Below are positions 30,963 to 39,153 of a stretch of DNA of 64,000 nucleotides, piece by piece. Within the stretch, counting starts at the first letter, position 1. The number at the start of each line of letters is the position of its first letter. The DNA lies in NCBI GenBank assembly GCA_013911415.1, contig JACETI010000008.1:31556-95555 (forward strand), given 5' to 3'. A program made the position numbers and the translations under genes. A model generated the notes under the pieces. That model saw only the letters and a list, made by a program, of their open reading frames with translations. It did no database searches and had not been told where the DNA came from. The stretch is from Legionella sp. (GTDB taxonomy: Bacteria; Pseudomonadota; Gammaproteobacteria; Legionellales; Legionellaceae).

Positions 30963-32120
30963 TTAACCTTTATAAAATACTGAACGAACCTCCTGTTCCT
31001 CAACAGTATTTGTTTTCTGCATTGTGAAGGGTAATGTATTTCGCACGAAAAATTTACCATGGGAATAATTACGATCAAGTTTAGTTAAAAAGTCACTAAG
31101 GTAGGTGCCCAATACTCTTTCTGCATCTTTCGCTTCATTGGTATTATATACACCCACATTTGGATCAAAAACAGCAAAACATTCCCTGCCGTCATTTTCT
31201 GTTGTTTTCATGCAACCCATTACATGGGAACGTTCGGTGATGTTATCTTTCGCTTGCTCGCCAACATAAATCAATCGCAACTGTTCAGGAAGATCAGACA
31301 TTTCTTGAATCAATTGCTGTGAAAAAGCACCACAGGTTACTTCAGCAGAAAGATGATCAACATAAGTTGTATGTTGATAGCGCAAAAGATTTTTTAAATA
31401 CTCTTCCATCGGACATATAGATGATAAGCGAAAACCTTTGGCACCAAGTGCAGCATAACCATTGTTTTGGATTTGAAGTAACAATGTGATCAAACTTTCC
31501 TGAGTACTGGTCAACTCATCTTGCATACGCAAGCGATCAATGATTGCATTACATTCACCCAAAAAGTTTTTTTCAAAAGCATTGAAAAAATACCAGGCAA
31601 GTACCAATTCTTTGCAGATACCAAATTCACGTAGCCGTGTTTTTTCAGAGTAGTCATCGAGATGCGCGTTGACCATATTGATTAAATGAGCTTGATAAAA
31701 TCTTTGAGATACTTTTTCTATCTCGTTTTCTGGTGGTGTTGATGGTAATTCTTTTAAAGATGATCCCATGCCTTCTATAAGCTCATCAACAACTTCCGTA
31801 TAATGCATTTGATTAACATTTTGATTCACTAAATAAGCCGTGTTAATTGTTTTTAATACATCAAGCCCTTCACTTTTTATAGCCTCCATAAGTTTAAAAA
31901 GAGCTTTATTATTGGCTCTACTAGCAAGATACTTTTCTGCATCACTTAGCTTTGAAAACCGTTGTTTCAAAAATCGAGCATAAATATCTTTGGGTGGGAA
32001 ATCCTGCGCACTTGAGAAAGTAAAAAAAGAAGCATTATTTAATTTATAGCTGAAATTAAGATTAGCTATTGATTTTCCAGTCGATTTTAAAAGCGTTTGT
32101 CTGAAATGTGGTAGCGGCAT
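30963..32120 (-). CDS. YopT-like cysteine protease (peptidase C58 family) candidate, 385 aa
   Basis: FGICKELVLAWYF (compare YopT GVCEALCAHWI; Cys169 codon 31614-31616), SHVMGCM (His299, 31224-31226), AVFDPNVGVY (compare YopT FFDPNFGEF; Asp319, 31164-31166). C-to-H and H-to-D spacing is similar to YopT. Confidence 0.6.
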   Translation of the reverse strand: MPLPHFRQTLLKSTGKSIANLNFSYKLNNASFFTFSSAQDFPPKDIYARFLKQRFSKLSDAEKYLASRANNKALFKLMEAIKSEGLDVLKTINTAYLVNQNVNQMHYTEVVDELIEGMGSSLKELPSTPPENEIEKVSQRFYQAHLINMVNAHLDDYSEKTRLREFGICKELVLAWYFFNAFEKNFLGECNAIIDRLRMQDELTSTQESLITLLLQIQNNGYAALGAKGFRLSSICPMEEYLKNLLRYQHTTYVDHLSAEVTCGAFSQQLIQEMSDLPEQLRLIYVGEQAKDNITERSHVMGCMKTTENDGRECFAVFDPNVGVYNTNEAKDAERVLGTYLSDFLTKLDRNYSHGKFFVRNTLPFTMQKTNTVEEQEVRSVFYKG

Positions 32121-32302
32121 AAGAGTACACCTGAGTTTCGAATACCGCTTGGGAACTTCACGGGATATAGCCGTTCAATAATTTAAAATATCTGTCCCAA
32201 ACCGATTCAATTTGGCTTATAGATATATAGTTTATAAAAATAAAAGTTAAGGTTTTATTATGTTTTTAGGAGGACATTGAAAATTTCAACAAATCTAGAG
32301 GG

Positions 32303-32328
32303 GATAAAAGCGCTCTGAACTAAAGCGC
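32303..32328 (-). terminator. Possible terminator of the pot operon
   Basis: On the minus strand: GCGCT-TTAGTTCAG-AGCGC-TTTTATC, overlapping the potD stop. The stem is short. Confidence 0.35.
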
Positions 32329-33357
32329 CAGTTTAAATTGTTGCCAGTACTTGGCGTATAAATTTAAGGTCTCGTCCGAAACGTTTCTCTGAAAATGACC
32401 TCGACTTAATACTTCGTTAGAAGGATAAATCATTGGGTTGTTTTGAATTGCTGCCGGGAGTAGCGCTTTACTTGCTGCATTAGCGATTGCGTGTCCCTGT
32501 GTTAATGCAATCATTTTTCCTGTCTCTGGTTTGAGCATAAAGTTAATAAACTGATAAGCCTCCTTCATGTGCGGCGGATTTTTAGGAATTGCTAAACAAT
32601 CGACCCAAATTATAAATCCTTCTTTTGGGTAGACAAAATCAATGGTTCTGTTTTCAAGCCTTGCTTTAAAGACATCGCCATTCCAAGCAATACCGGCTAT
32701 TGCATCCTCATCAATCATAATGGCTTGAATGCTTTCGCTTGCAAATAATTTAATGTTCGGAATCAACGCAAGCAAATGCCGGTAAGCAGCCTCTATATGT
32801 ACTTTATCTGCATCATTCGGACTCCACCCTAAGCTCATTAAAGCGACAGAAAATACTTCTCTTGCATCATCTAACAGCATCAATGCTGAGTGCCAACGTT
32901 CTTGCCATAGATCTTGCCAGGCAGACGGCGCAAGTTTTACCTGCTCACGATTATAAAAAAGACCAGTCACTCCCCAAATAAGAGGAATACTGTATTTGTT
33001 GTCTTCATCATAAGTGTTATTGACAAAAAATTTATCTAAATTAACTTTGTTAGGAAGCTGTCGAGAATCCAATGGTAGCAATAGTGATTGTGCTTTCATC
33101 CGTTCGACAAAATAACTGGAGGGTAGAATAACATCGTACATCCCATTATTCGTCGCTCTTAATTTCGCATATAAGGTCTCATTGTTATCGTACGTGGAAA
33201 AGTTTACTTTAATACCGGTTTCTTTCTCGAACTGCTTAAGCACGACTTTAGGAATTTCTCCGCCCCAAGCATAAACATTCACTACCGATTTAGCGCAGGC
33301 AACGTTAGCACTCACCAGTGTTATCAAATATAACAAAATGCCATAAACGATATTCAT
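32320..33357 (-). CDS. potD: Spermidine/putrescine ABC transporter periplasmic binding protein
   Basis: Signal peptide MNIVYGILLYLITLVSANVACA, VNVYAWGGEIP, PotD/PotF-like length. The ATG at 33357 gives an ATGA overlap with the potC stop. Confidence 0.85.
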   Translation of the reverse strand: MNIVYGILLYLITLVSANVACAKSVVNVYAWGGEIPKVVLKQFEKETGIKVNFSTYDNNETLYAKLRATNNGMYDVILPSSYFVERMKAQSLLLPLDSRQLPNKVNLDKFFVNNTYDEDNKYSIPLIWGVTGLFYNREQVKLAPSAWQDLWQERWHSALMLLDDAREVFSVALMSLGWSPNDADKVHIEAAYRHLLALIPNIKLFASESIQAIMIDEDAIAGIAWNGDVFKARLENRTIDFVYPKEGFIIWVDCLAIPKNPPHMKEAYQFINFMLKPETGKMIALTQGHAIANAASKALLPAAIQNNPMIYPSNEVLSRGHFQRNVSDETLNLYAKYWQQFKLAL

Positions 33358-34148
33358 GCCGACTTTCTCGCAAAGCCCTGAGCAAGCAAGACAAGGCACA
33401 TAGAAAAAGCCAGCGTTAGCGTGCAAAGGGCGTTTAACTCTGGGGTGACACCCACTCGCACGAGTGAATAGATTACCAAGGGTAAAACCGAAAAATCAGG
33501 CCCGGCCACAAAATAACTCACAATAACGTCATCAAAAGATAAAGTAAACGCGAGTAGTCCGGCACTTAAAATCGCAGGCCAAAGAAGCGGTAAAAATACC
33601 TTACGTAACGCTTGCAAATGAGTAGCACCCAAGTCTAAAGCACTGTAATAAATATTTGCATCAAGCATTTCAAGCCTTGCGTTCAAGGTAATGACAACAA
33701 ATGGAATACAGAAAGTAATATGCGCGATCAGTAGGCTACAAAACCCGAGCGGTAACTGACCTAAATGGAAAAACAACAACAACGCCACCCCCATCACTAG
33801 ATCGGGAATAATAATTAATAACAAAGAGCCCGTGTGCAGACATTGCCATTGCTTGCGTTTGAAGAGAAAAATACGCACAGAAGCCAGGACGCTAAGGCCT
33901 GTCGCAATTAAAGCTGCAAGCACCCCTAAAACAATTGAATGTATCAACGCTTCCCATAACGCCCGATCTTCTATCAGCTCCCAATACCATCGAGTTGAAA
34001 ATCCCTGCCATTGTAAGGAAAATCGTGAGCTGTTCACAGAATAAATAACCAGCAGTAGGACAGGTAAATATAAAAAACCGTAAATTGCCATTAAAAAAGT
34101 GCGATTAATACCGTGGGCCCAAAACCCTTTACGAACGAGCTTTTTCAA
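33354..34148 (-). CDS. potC: Spermidine/putrescine ABC transporter permease
   Basis: FLMAIYGFLYLPVLLLVIYSVNSS matches the E. coli PotC N-terminus style. EAA-like loop ALDLGATHLQALRKVFLPLL. TTG start overlaps the potB stop. Confidence 0.9.
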   Translation of the reverse strand: MKKLVRKGFWAHGINRTFLMAIYGFLYLPVLLLVIYSVNSSRFSLQWQGFSTRWYWELIEDRALWEALIHSIVLGVLAALIATGLSVLASVRIFLFKRKQWQCLHTGSLLLIIIPDLVMGVALLLFFHLGQLPLGFCSLLIAHITFCIPFVVITLNARLEMLDANIYYSALDLGATHLQALRKVFLPLLWPAILSAGLLAFTLSFDDVIVSYFVAGPDFSVLPLVIYSLVRVGVTPELNALCTLTLAFSMCLVLLAQGFARKSA

Positions 34149-35008
34149 TGGAAAACCACTCTGTTTCCGTTACGTTGCAGTTCATCGGGCATGTTCTTAC
34201 GCCAGCGGGAATATCCAACGCTTAAAATGAGTAGTAAAAACCCCGTTAATAGGATACTTGTCGCTGCTCCCTGGGGCCAATTTTGGGAAATTAAAAATTG
34301 CTCTTGAATCAAATTGCCTAGCAATGTGGAACGTGCCCCACCTAAGACGTTAGAAATATAAAATAATGTCATACTGGGTAAAAAAACCATTAAACATCCA
34401 GACATTACACCATTTATAGTATTTGGAAAAAAAATACGTGAAAAAATCTGCCAGGGTGAAGCTCCCAAGTCTTTAGCTGCTTCAACCCACCGAAAATCAA
34501 AGCGTTCCATGTTTGCAAACAAAGGAAGTACCATGAAAGGGAATAAATTATAAATGGACCCTAAGATGACCGCAAAGTTGGAATAAAGAAAGGGTAATGG
34601 TGCGTGAATTAAATGCAGTTTTAATAAAAGAAGATTAAGCCACCCCTTGGTCTTTAAAATCGCCATTAAAGCGTACGTTCGTATTAAGGAACTTGTCCAG
34701 CAAGGGATAACAATGAGTAACAATAACAAGGATTGGTGACGTGCTTTGACTAATAAATAGCTGAATGGGTAAGCAATCGCTAAGCAACAAATTGTGGTGA
34801 TAGAAGCCACTAAAAACGAACGCGCAAAAATTTTAAGGATAACGGGTGTAAAAAGCTCGCTATAATTCTCCAGGGTCAGGGGCAAGCGGACTAAGTGCAT
34901 TGAGTCATGGGAGAGAAAACTAACCCCCACAATAACTAGTAAGGGCAATAAACTAAAAATAGACAGCCAAGTATAGAACACACACAATGAAAATGACCTA
35001 GTTTTCAT
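34145..35008 (-). CDS. potB: Spermidine/putrescine ABC transporter permease
   Basis: 6-TM permease with EAAKDLGASPWQIFSRIFFP. Confidence 0.9.
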   Translation of the reverse strand: MKTRSFSLCVFYTWLSIFSLLPLLVIVGVSFLSHDSMHLVRLPLTLENYSELFTPVILKIFARSFLVASITTICCLAIAYPFSYLLVKARHQSLLLLLIVIPCWTSSLIRTYALMAILKTKGWLNLLLLKLHLIHAPLPFLYSNFAVILGSIYNLFPFMVLPLFANMERFDFRWVEAAKDLGASPWQIFSRIFFPNTINGVMSGCLMVFLPSMTLFYISNVLGGARSTLLGNLIQEQFLISQNWPQGAATSILLTGFLLLILSVGYSRWRKNMPDELQRNGNRVVFH

Positions 35009-36113
35009 AGGGTAGTAATACCTCCCAACCAGTTAGCCAGTGAATCCAGACCGGTTCGTTTAAGGCATATTCTAATTTATCATCGTCTTCGTCAAAAAAT
35101 TCAGAAGCGTTAATTACTTTCCCCGAGTTTAACGCTACTTTTAATTCCACCGTTGATCCTTTGTAAATGATATCTACAATTTTTCCTGGGATCATATCTG
35201 CGGAGTCCTCTACCTCCGCAAGACTCCAAACACGAATATCTTCAGGTCTTACGATTAAATGTAATTTGTCACCCTTGATATAGCGTCTGGTATTTTTACA
35301 TTCCAAAGGCACTGATTCGATTTCTACTTTTAACTGTTGAGTGGTTGCTTCTTGCACCTCAACAGAAAATATATTCGTTTCTCCTATGAATTCAGCAACA
35401 TAAAGGCTAGCAGGTGTTTCATAAACTTCACGAGGAGTTCCAATTTGTTCAATATGACCCTGATTAAAGATCACAATCCGATCAGACATGGACAAGGCTT
35501 CCTCTTGGTCATGAGTGACAAAAATGAAGGTCATGTTGAGCGTTTTTTGCAGTTGTTTCAATTCTGATTGCATAGCTTTTCTTAGACGATAGTCTAAAGA
35601 ACTTAAAGGTTCATCCAACAACAATACTTGAGGCCGATTAATAATCGCCCTTGCTATAGCGACCCTCTGCTGTTGTCCACCACTTAATTGATGAATACTT
35701 CTGAAACCAAAGTTTTCAAGACGCACTAACTTTAAAGTCTCTTGAACACGCTGCTTAATTTCTTCTTCGGCAATGTGTTTGCATCGCAGGGCAAAAGCAA
35801 CATTTTCATACACGGATAAATGAGGAAATAAAGCATAGGTTTGAAAAACCGTATGCACATCTCTTTTCTGTGGAGGAAGTGTTGTTATACACTTTCCATT
35901 GATGAAAATATCCCCTGAGGTGGGTTGTTCAAATCCCGAAATAATACGTAATAAGGTGGTTTTGCCACAGCCTGAAGGCCCTAATAAGGTCAAAAATTCG
36001 CCATGGTGAATCGTCAAACTTAAATCTTGCAAAACCGGTAACATACCGTAAGATTTATGAAGACGAGAAACAGTGATAAGAGGGGCTGCTATTGAACTCA
36101 AATGACTCTGCAT
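34998..36113 (-). CDS. potA: Spermidine/putrescine ABC transporter ATPase
   Basis: Walker A GPSGCGKTT, signature LSGGQQQRVAIARA, Walker B LLLDEPLS, C-terminal regulatory domain. Confidence 0.95.
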   Translation of the reverse strand: MQSHLSSIAAPLITVSRLHKSYGMLPVLQDLSLTIHHGEFLTLLGPSGCGKTTLLRIISGFEQPTSGDIFINGKCITTLPPQKRDVHTVFQTYALFPHLSVYENVAFALRCKHIAEEEIKQRVQETLKLVRLENFGFRSIHQLSGGQQQRVAIARAIINRPQVLLLDEPLSSLDYRLRKAMQSELKQLQKTLNMTFIFVTHDQEEALSMSDRIVIFNQGHIEQIGTPREVYETPASLYVAEFIGETNIFSVEVQEATTQQLKVEIESVPLECKNTRRYIKGDKLHLIVRPEDIRVWSLAEVEDSADMIPGKIVDIIYKGSTVELKVALNSGKVINASEFFDEDDDKLEYALNEPVWIHWLTGWEVLLPYEN

Positions 36114-36268
36114 GCTGAATCTTTAAGCGGCAATTATGCAATTACTGCGCTGCTTTGTCCACTGATTATCAATGTTTGATGATACCATTTTGCCCCCTGC
36201 GCATACTTTTACGTTGAAGAATCAACTGGTCGTTAGATGGAATAAGAGAAACTTATCTTTAATTAAAA

Positions 36269-36634
36269 TTACCAGGCCGCAATTTTTTCGTGTGGGGATT
36301 GTATACTACAAATCTCCGAAAAGGTGCCGTTATTACAAAGAACCGTGCCTCCAGCTTCATCAATCGTTAGAACGCCCCCTTGCCACAAGCAACAACCTTG
36401 TAATTTTTGCAAATCCATCACTGCATGTCGCGTACAATAACAAGCTGAATAGTACCCATTATTACAGACGTATCGACCTGCTGAAGAATCGCAATAACTG
36501 ATGCCCCCCATGTCTCCACAGCACATCATCTGATCGCAAGGCGGGACATAAATCATTGAACAATCATTACAGAAGCTGGTAGTAGACTTCAAAAAGAAGA
36601 GACTTGTCAGCAATGCTTGTCTTAGAAGCGTCAT
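36269..36634 (-). CDS. Small secreted cysteine-rich protein with an internal duplication
   Basis: Hydrophobic N-terminus, then CCGDMGGISYCDSSAGRYVCNNGYYSACYC and CCLWQGGVLTIDEAGGTVLCNNGTFSEIC (CC-x3-GG-x-D-x2-G-x2-CNNG-x-[YF]S). 18 Cys in the 121-aa product counted from the ATG at 36634 (MTLL...); the track ORF starts at a TTG at 36646. Confidence 0.5.
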   Translation of the reverse strand: MTLLRQALLTSLFFLKSTTSFCNDCSMIYVPPCDQMMCCGDMGGISYCDSSAGRYVCNNGYYSACYCTRHAVMDLQKLQGCCLWQGGVLTIDEAGGTVLCNNGTFSEICSIQSPHEKIAAW

Positions 36635-36826
36635 TCCTAATTCCAATGAGAAGAGACGCTTAAGATTAGCATAGCCCTAATTGCAAGAGAACCCGTGAAT
36701 TCTTATGAATAGCAGATAGATTGAAGAAAGCTCCCTTTTCCTGACATAATAAAAGTAAGGATCGTCATCCTATATAAAATAAAGCCTGACCATACTCACA
36801 CGCTTCATCGTCTAGGAGACGAAGTT

Positions 36827-37582
36827 ATGCGTACCTTATATGGAATTGGTTTACAGAGTTTAAAAAAACTTCATTCGCTCTCCCTCTTTTTTCGTTTTGC
36901 GGGACACTTAAGTTTTAGTTTAAAAGCATCACTTTGTCGACAACATCCCATTGATTGGCATCGTGTTCTCGAGCTCTTGTATTACTCCGGTGCAAAATTA
37001 TTGCTTCCTTGCATTTTTATTGGCGCTCTAGTCAGCGCTTCTTTATCTCAAACGGTTTACATGATTTTAAGTCCTGCTTATCTCACGCACAAAGTTTTAC
37101 CGATTTCTGAGCAAATATTGACTCAAGATCTTTTACCGATGTTATTAGGATTTATTCTCTGCCTTCAGGCAGCACTTAACCTTATACATAGCCATCCTGA
37201 AAGACGTCGCCAAGATCAAGAAACTATCCTCTTGAAACATGTTGTACCCATTATGATTGGCATGAACCTCACCAGTTTTCTGCTTTATAATTATCTCATC
37301 GTGGTTTGTTTTCTTTCATTCTATGGGATGTTTTATTTCACTTTTGATATTAGCAGTGCTGAATTTTTATTTTATCTCACTCGCCCCGTTATTCTTTGGG
37401 ATTTATTAACATCCCTACTAAAGACGCTTTGTCTCAGTACACTTGTCAGCTTAACAGCCGGCTATTATTATTATGAGACAGCCATTCGAGCAATGGCACT
37501 CAGAACAGCCGTCTCTCGCATTCTTACACGTGGGGCATTCTGGCTTATCACGGCCAATGCTTATACAAAACTTACATTTTAA
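36827..37582 (+). CDS. Divergent MlaE/YrbE-like permease
   Basis: Same length and topology as MlaE. N-terminal LSLFFRFAGHLSFSL and C-terminal DLLTSLLKTLCLSTLVSLTAGYY...RTAVSRILTRG parallel the MlaE blocks. The conserved central LRELGPV..A....GR.GSA.TAE.G.M region is not recognisable. Confidence 0.55.
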   Translation: MRTLYGIGLQSLKKLHSLSLFFRFAGHLSFSLKASLCRQHPIDWHRVLELLYYSGAKLLLPCIFIGALVSASLSQTVYMILSPAYLTHKVLPISEQILTQDLLPMLLGFILCLQAALNLIHSHPERRRQDQETILLKHVVPIMIGMNLTSFLLYNYLIVVCFLSFYGMFYFTFDISSAEFLFYLTRPVILWDLLTSLLKTLCLSTLVSLTAGYYYYETAIRAMALRTAVSRILTRGAFWLITANAYTKLTF

Positions 37583-37590
37583 GGCAAGGA

Positions 37591-38406
37591 ATGCATCAAG
37601 AAAGATTTTACATGTGGGTTGGATTTTTCGTCATAGGCGCACTGAGCTTGCTCCTTGTGGGGGCTGCTTTTTTCTATCAGCAACACCAGCGTGCGCAAAC
37701 TCAAACCTTTGTCATGCTGTTTAAAGGTTCTTTGAAAGGCTTGGTTCAAAGCTCAGCAGTGACCTATCGGGGCATCAAAATTGGTGAGGTAAAATTGATT
37801 GAAGTTACCGAAAATCCTCAAAGAACTAAAGTCAAAATCCCTGCTTATATTCAGTTTTTTGTTGAAAAGAAATTTGATCTCAGTCAAGACCCTATTCATC
37901 TGCTTATCCAACAGGGCTATGTTGCTCAAGTGGGGCAACCTAATTTATTGAGCGGTGTTTCTGAAGTTGAGTTAGTGCAGTCCGCCCCTCCTAGACAATT
38001 ACGTTTCGAAAAATACAAAGGCTATCCTATTTTTCCAACCAGTGCGATTGCTCAAACCTATACAAGTTTTGACGATACGATGCAAAGTGCCAAAAACGCT
38101 TTGGATGAGCTCAACCGTTTTATCCGTTCAGAAGATACGCAAAATACACTTAAGGCCATTAGACACATGAGTGAAACAATCACTACTTTTGTGCAGTCTA
38201 AAGATTTGCAAGAAACATTGGCTGCCGCAAAAAACATGAGCGAGAGCTTGCAAAAATTATCTTCCGAATTACGCGAAGATTTTCCAATAGCACTTAATAC
38301 TTTCCACGATACGTTTCAAAGACTCCAGGATGCTGCCTCTTCTATCGATAATTTATCGACTTACTTATTAAGACATCCGGAGGCTTTTATTAGAGGGCGC
38401 TCTTAA
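37591..38406 (+). CDS. MCE-domain protein (MlaD/PqiB-like)
   Basis: N-terminal TM anchor, then FKGSLKGLVQSSAVTYRGIKIGEVKLIEV (MCE beta-barrel start). Helical C-terminus with repeated TLKAIRHMSETI / TLAAAKNMSESL. Confidence 0.75.
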   Translation: MHQERFYMWVGFFVIGALSLLLVGAAFFYQQHQRAQTQTFVMLFKGSLKGLVQSSAVTYRGIKIGEVKLIEVTENPQRTKVKIPAYIQFFVEKKFDLSQDPIHLLIQQGYVAQVGQPNLLSGVSEVELVQSAPPRQLRFEKYKGYPIFPTSAIAQTYTSFDDTMQSAKNALDELNRFIRSEDTQNTLKAIRHMSETITTFVQSKDLQETLAAAKNMSESLQKLSSELREDFPIALNTFHDTFQRLQDAASSIDNLSTYLLRHPEAFIRGRS

Positions 38407-38448
38407 AGGGGCGTTCTTCCTACTTTCAAAACCAGGAAAAATTATTTC

Positions 38449-39153
38449 ATGCAATTAACATTGGGTAAAAAAGTTTTTGTCACAAAATCCATCAAAATTG
38501 TTGTGAGTGTGGCTTTCAGTTTTCTATTAATTGCTTGTGGCCGTAGTCCAGACCCTACCCTCTACCTTTTAAATCCCATCGCCCCAAAACAAACTATCAA
38601 GACACCACGGGTGCCCGCTCAGGGACATTTGCGTTTGGGTATCGAACGCATCACTCTGCCAAGTTACCTGACCAAAACGCCCACAATGATTTTGCATCAA
38701 ACGCCTCATCGTCTTGGTATTCTGGATAATTATCAATGGGGCGACAACCTCGACAAAATGGTCCAACAAGTTATAACCGCTAATCTACAGGCCTTACTAC
38801 CTGGAGCAATTATCGAAAATTATCCTTGGAGCTCTCATCTTCACCCTAATTACTATTTGCAAGTCACTATCACGGACTTTAAAATGATGTTTAATGGAAA
38901 AAGTATTCTAAGAGCGCATGCTTTAGTGTACACCGACAATAAACCCGTACGTGCACTCAATGTTGCTTATGAAGGAGCGGCTCCTTCCATCTTGCTTAAA
39001 AAACCTTTACACGTTGAAGCCCTGGTGAAAGTGATGAATCAACAGTTAACACGACTATCTCAAGAAATGAGTATTATGCTTAGAAAACTAGATTTTTCCG
39101 AACACCACTCCATATCTATCGAGCATCGCAAGCCTGCATTTAGACGCAGATGA
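38449..39153 (+). CDS. PqiC/YmbA-like (DUF330) lipoprotein of MCE systems
   Basis: Lipobox LLIACG followed by PDPTLYLLNP, the typical N-terminus of ABC-type transport auxiliary lipoproteins. ~210 aa mature. Confidence 0.7.
   Translation: MQLTLGKKVFVTKSIKIVVSVAFSFLLIACGRSPDPTLYLLNPIAPKQTIKTPRVPAQGHLRLGIERITLPSYLTKTPTMILHQTPHRLGILDNYQWGDNLDKMVQQVITANLQALLPGAIIENYPWSSHLHPNYYLQVTITDFKMMFNGKSILRAHALVYTDNKPVRALNVAYEGAAPSILLKKPLHVEALVKVMNQQLTRLSQEMSIMLRKLDFSEHHSISIEHRKPAFRRR

Noticed and set aside
30821-31078. 85-aa minus-strand ORF spanning the 3' end of the C58-like gene and the spacer.
   Set aside because: It overlaps the better-supported gene in another frame and runs straight through the terminator hairpin at 30929-30946.
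36172-36501. 109-aa plus-strand ORF overlapping the Cys-rich gene.
   Set aside because: The minus-strand product has a hydrophobic leader and a clearly duplicated Cys motif. The plus-strand translation has no structure or motif.
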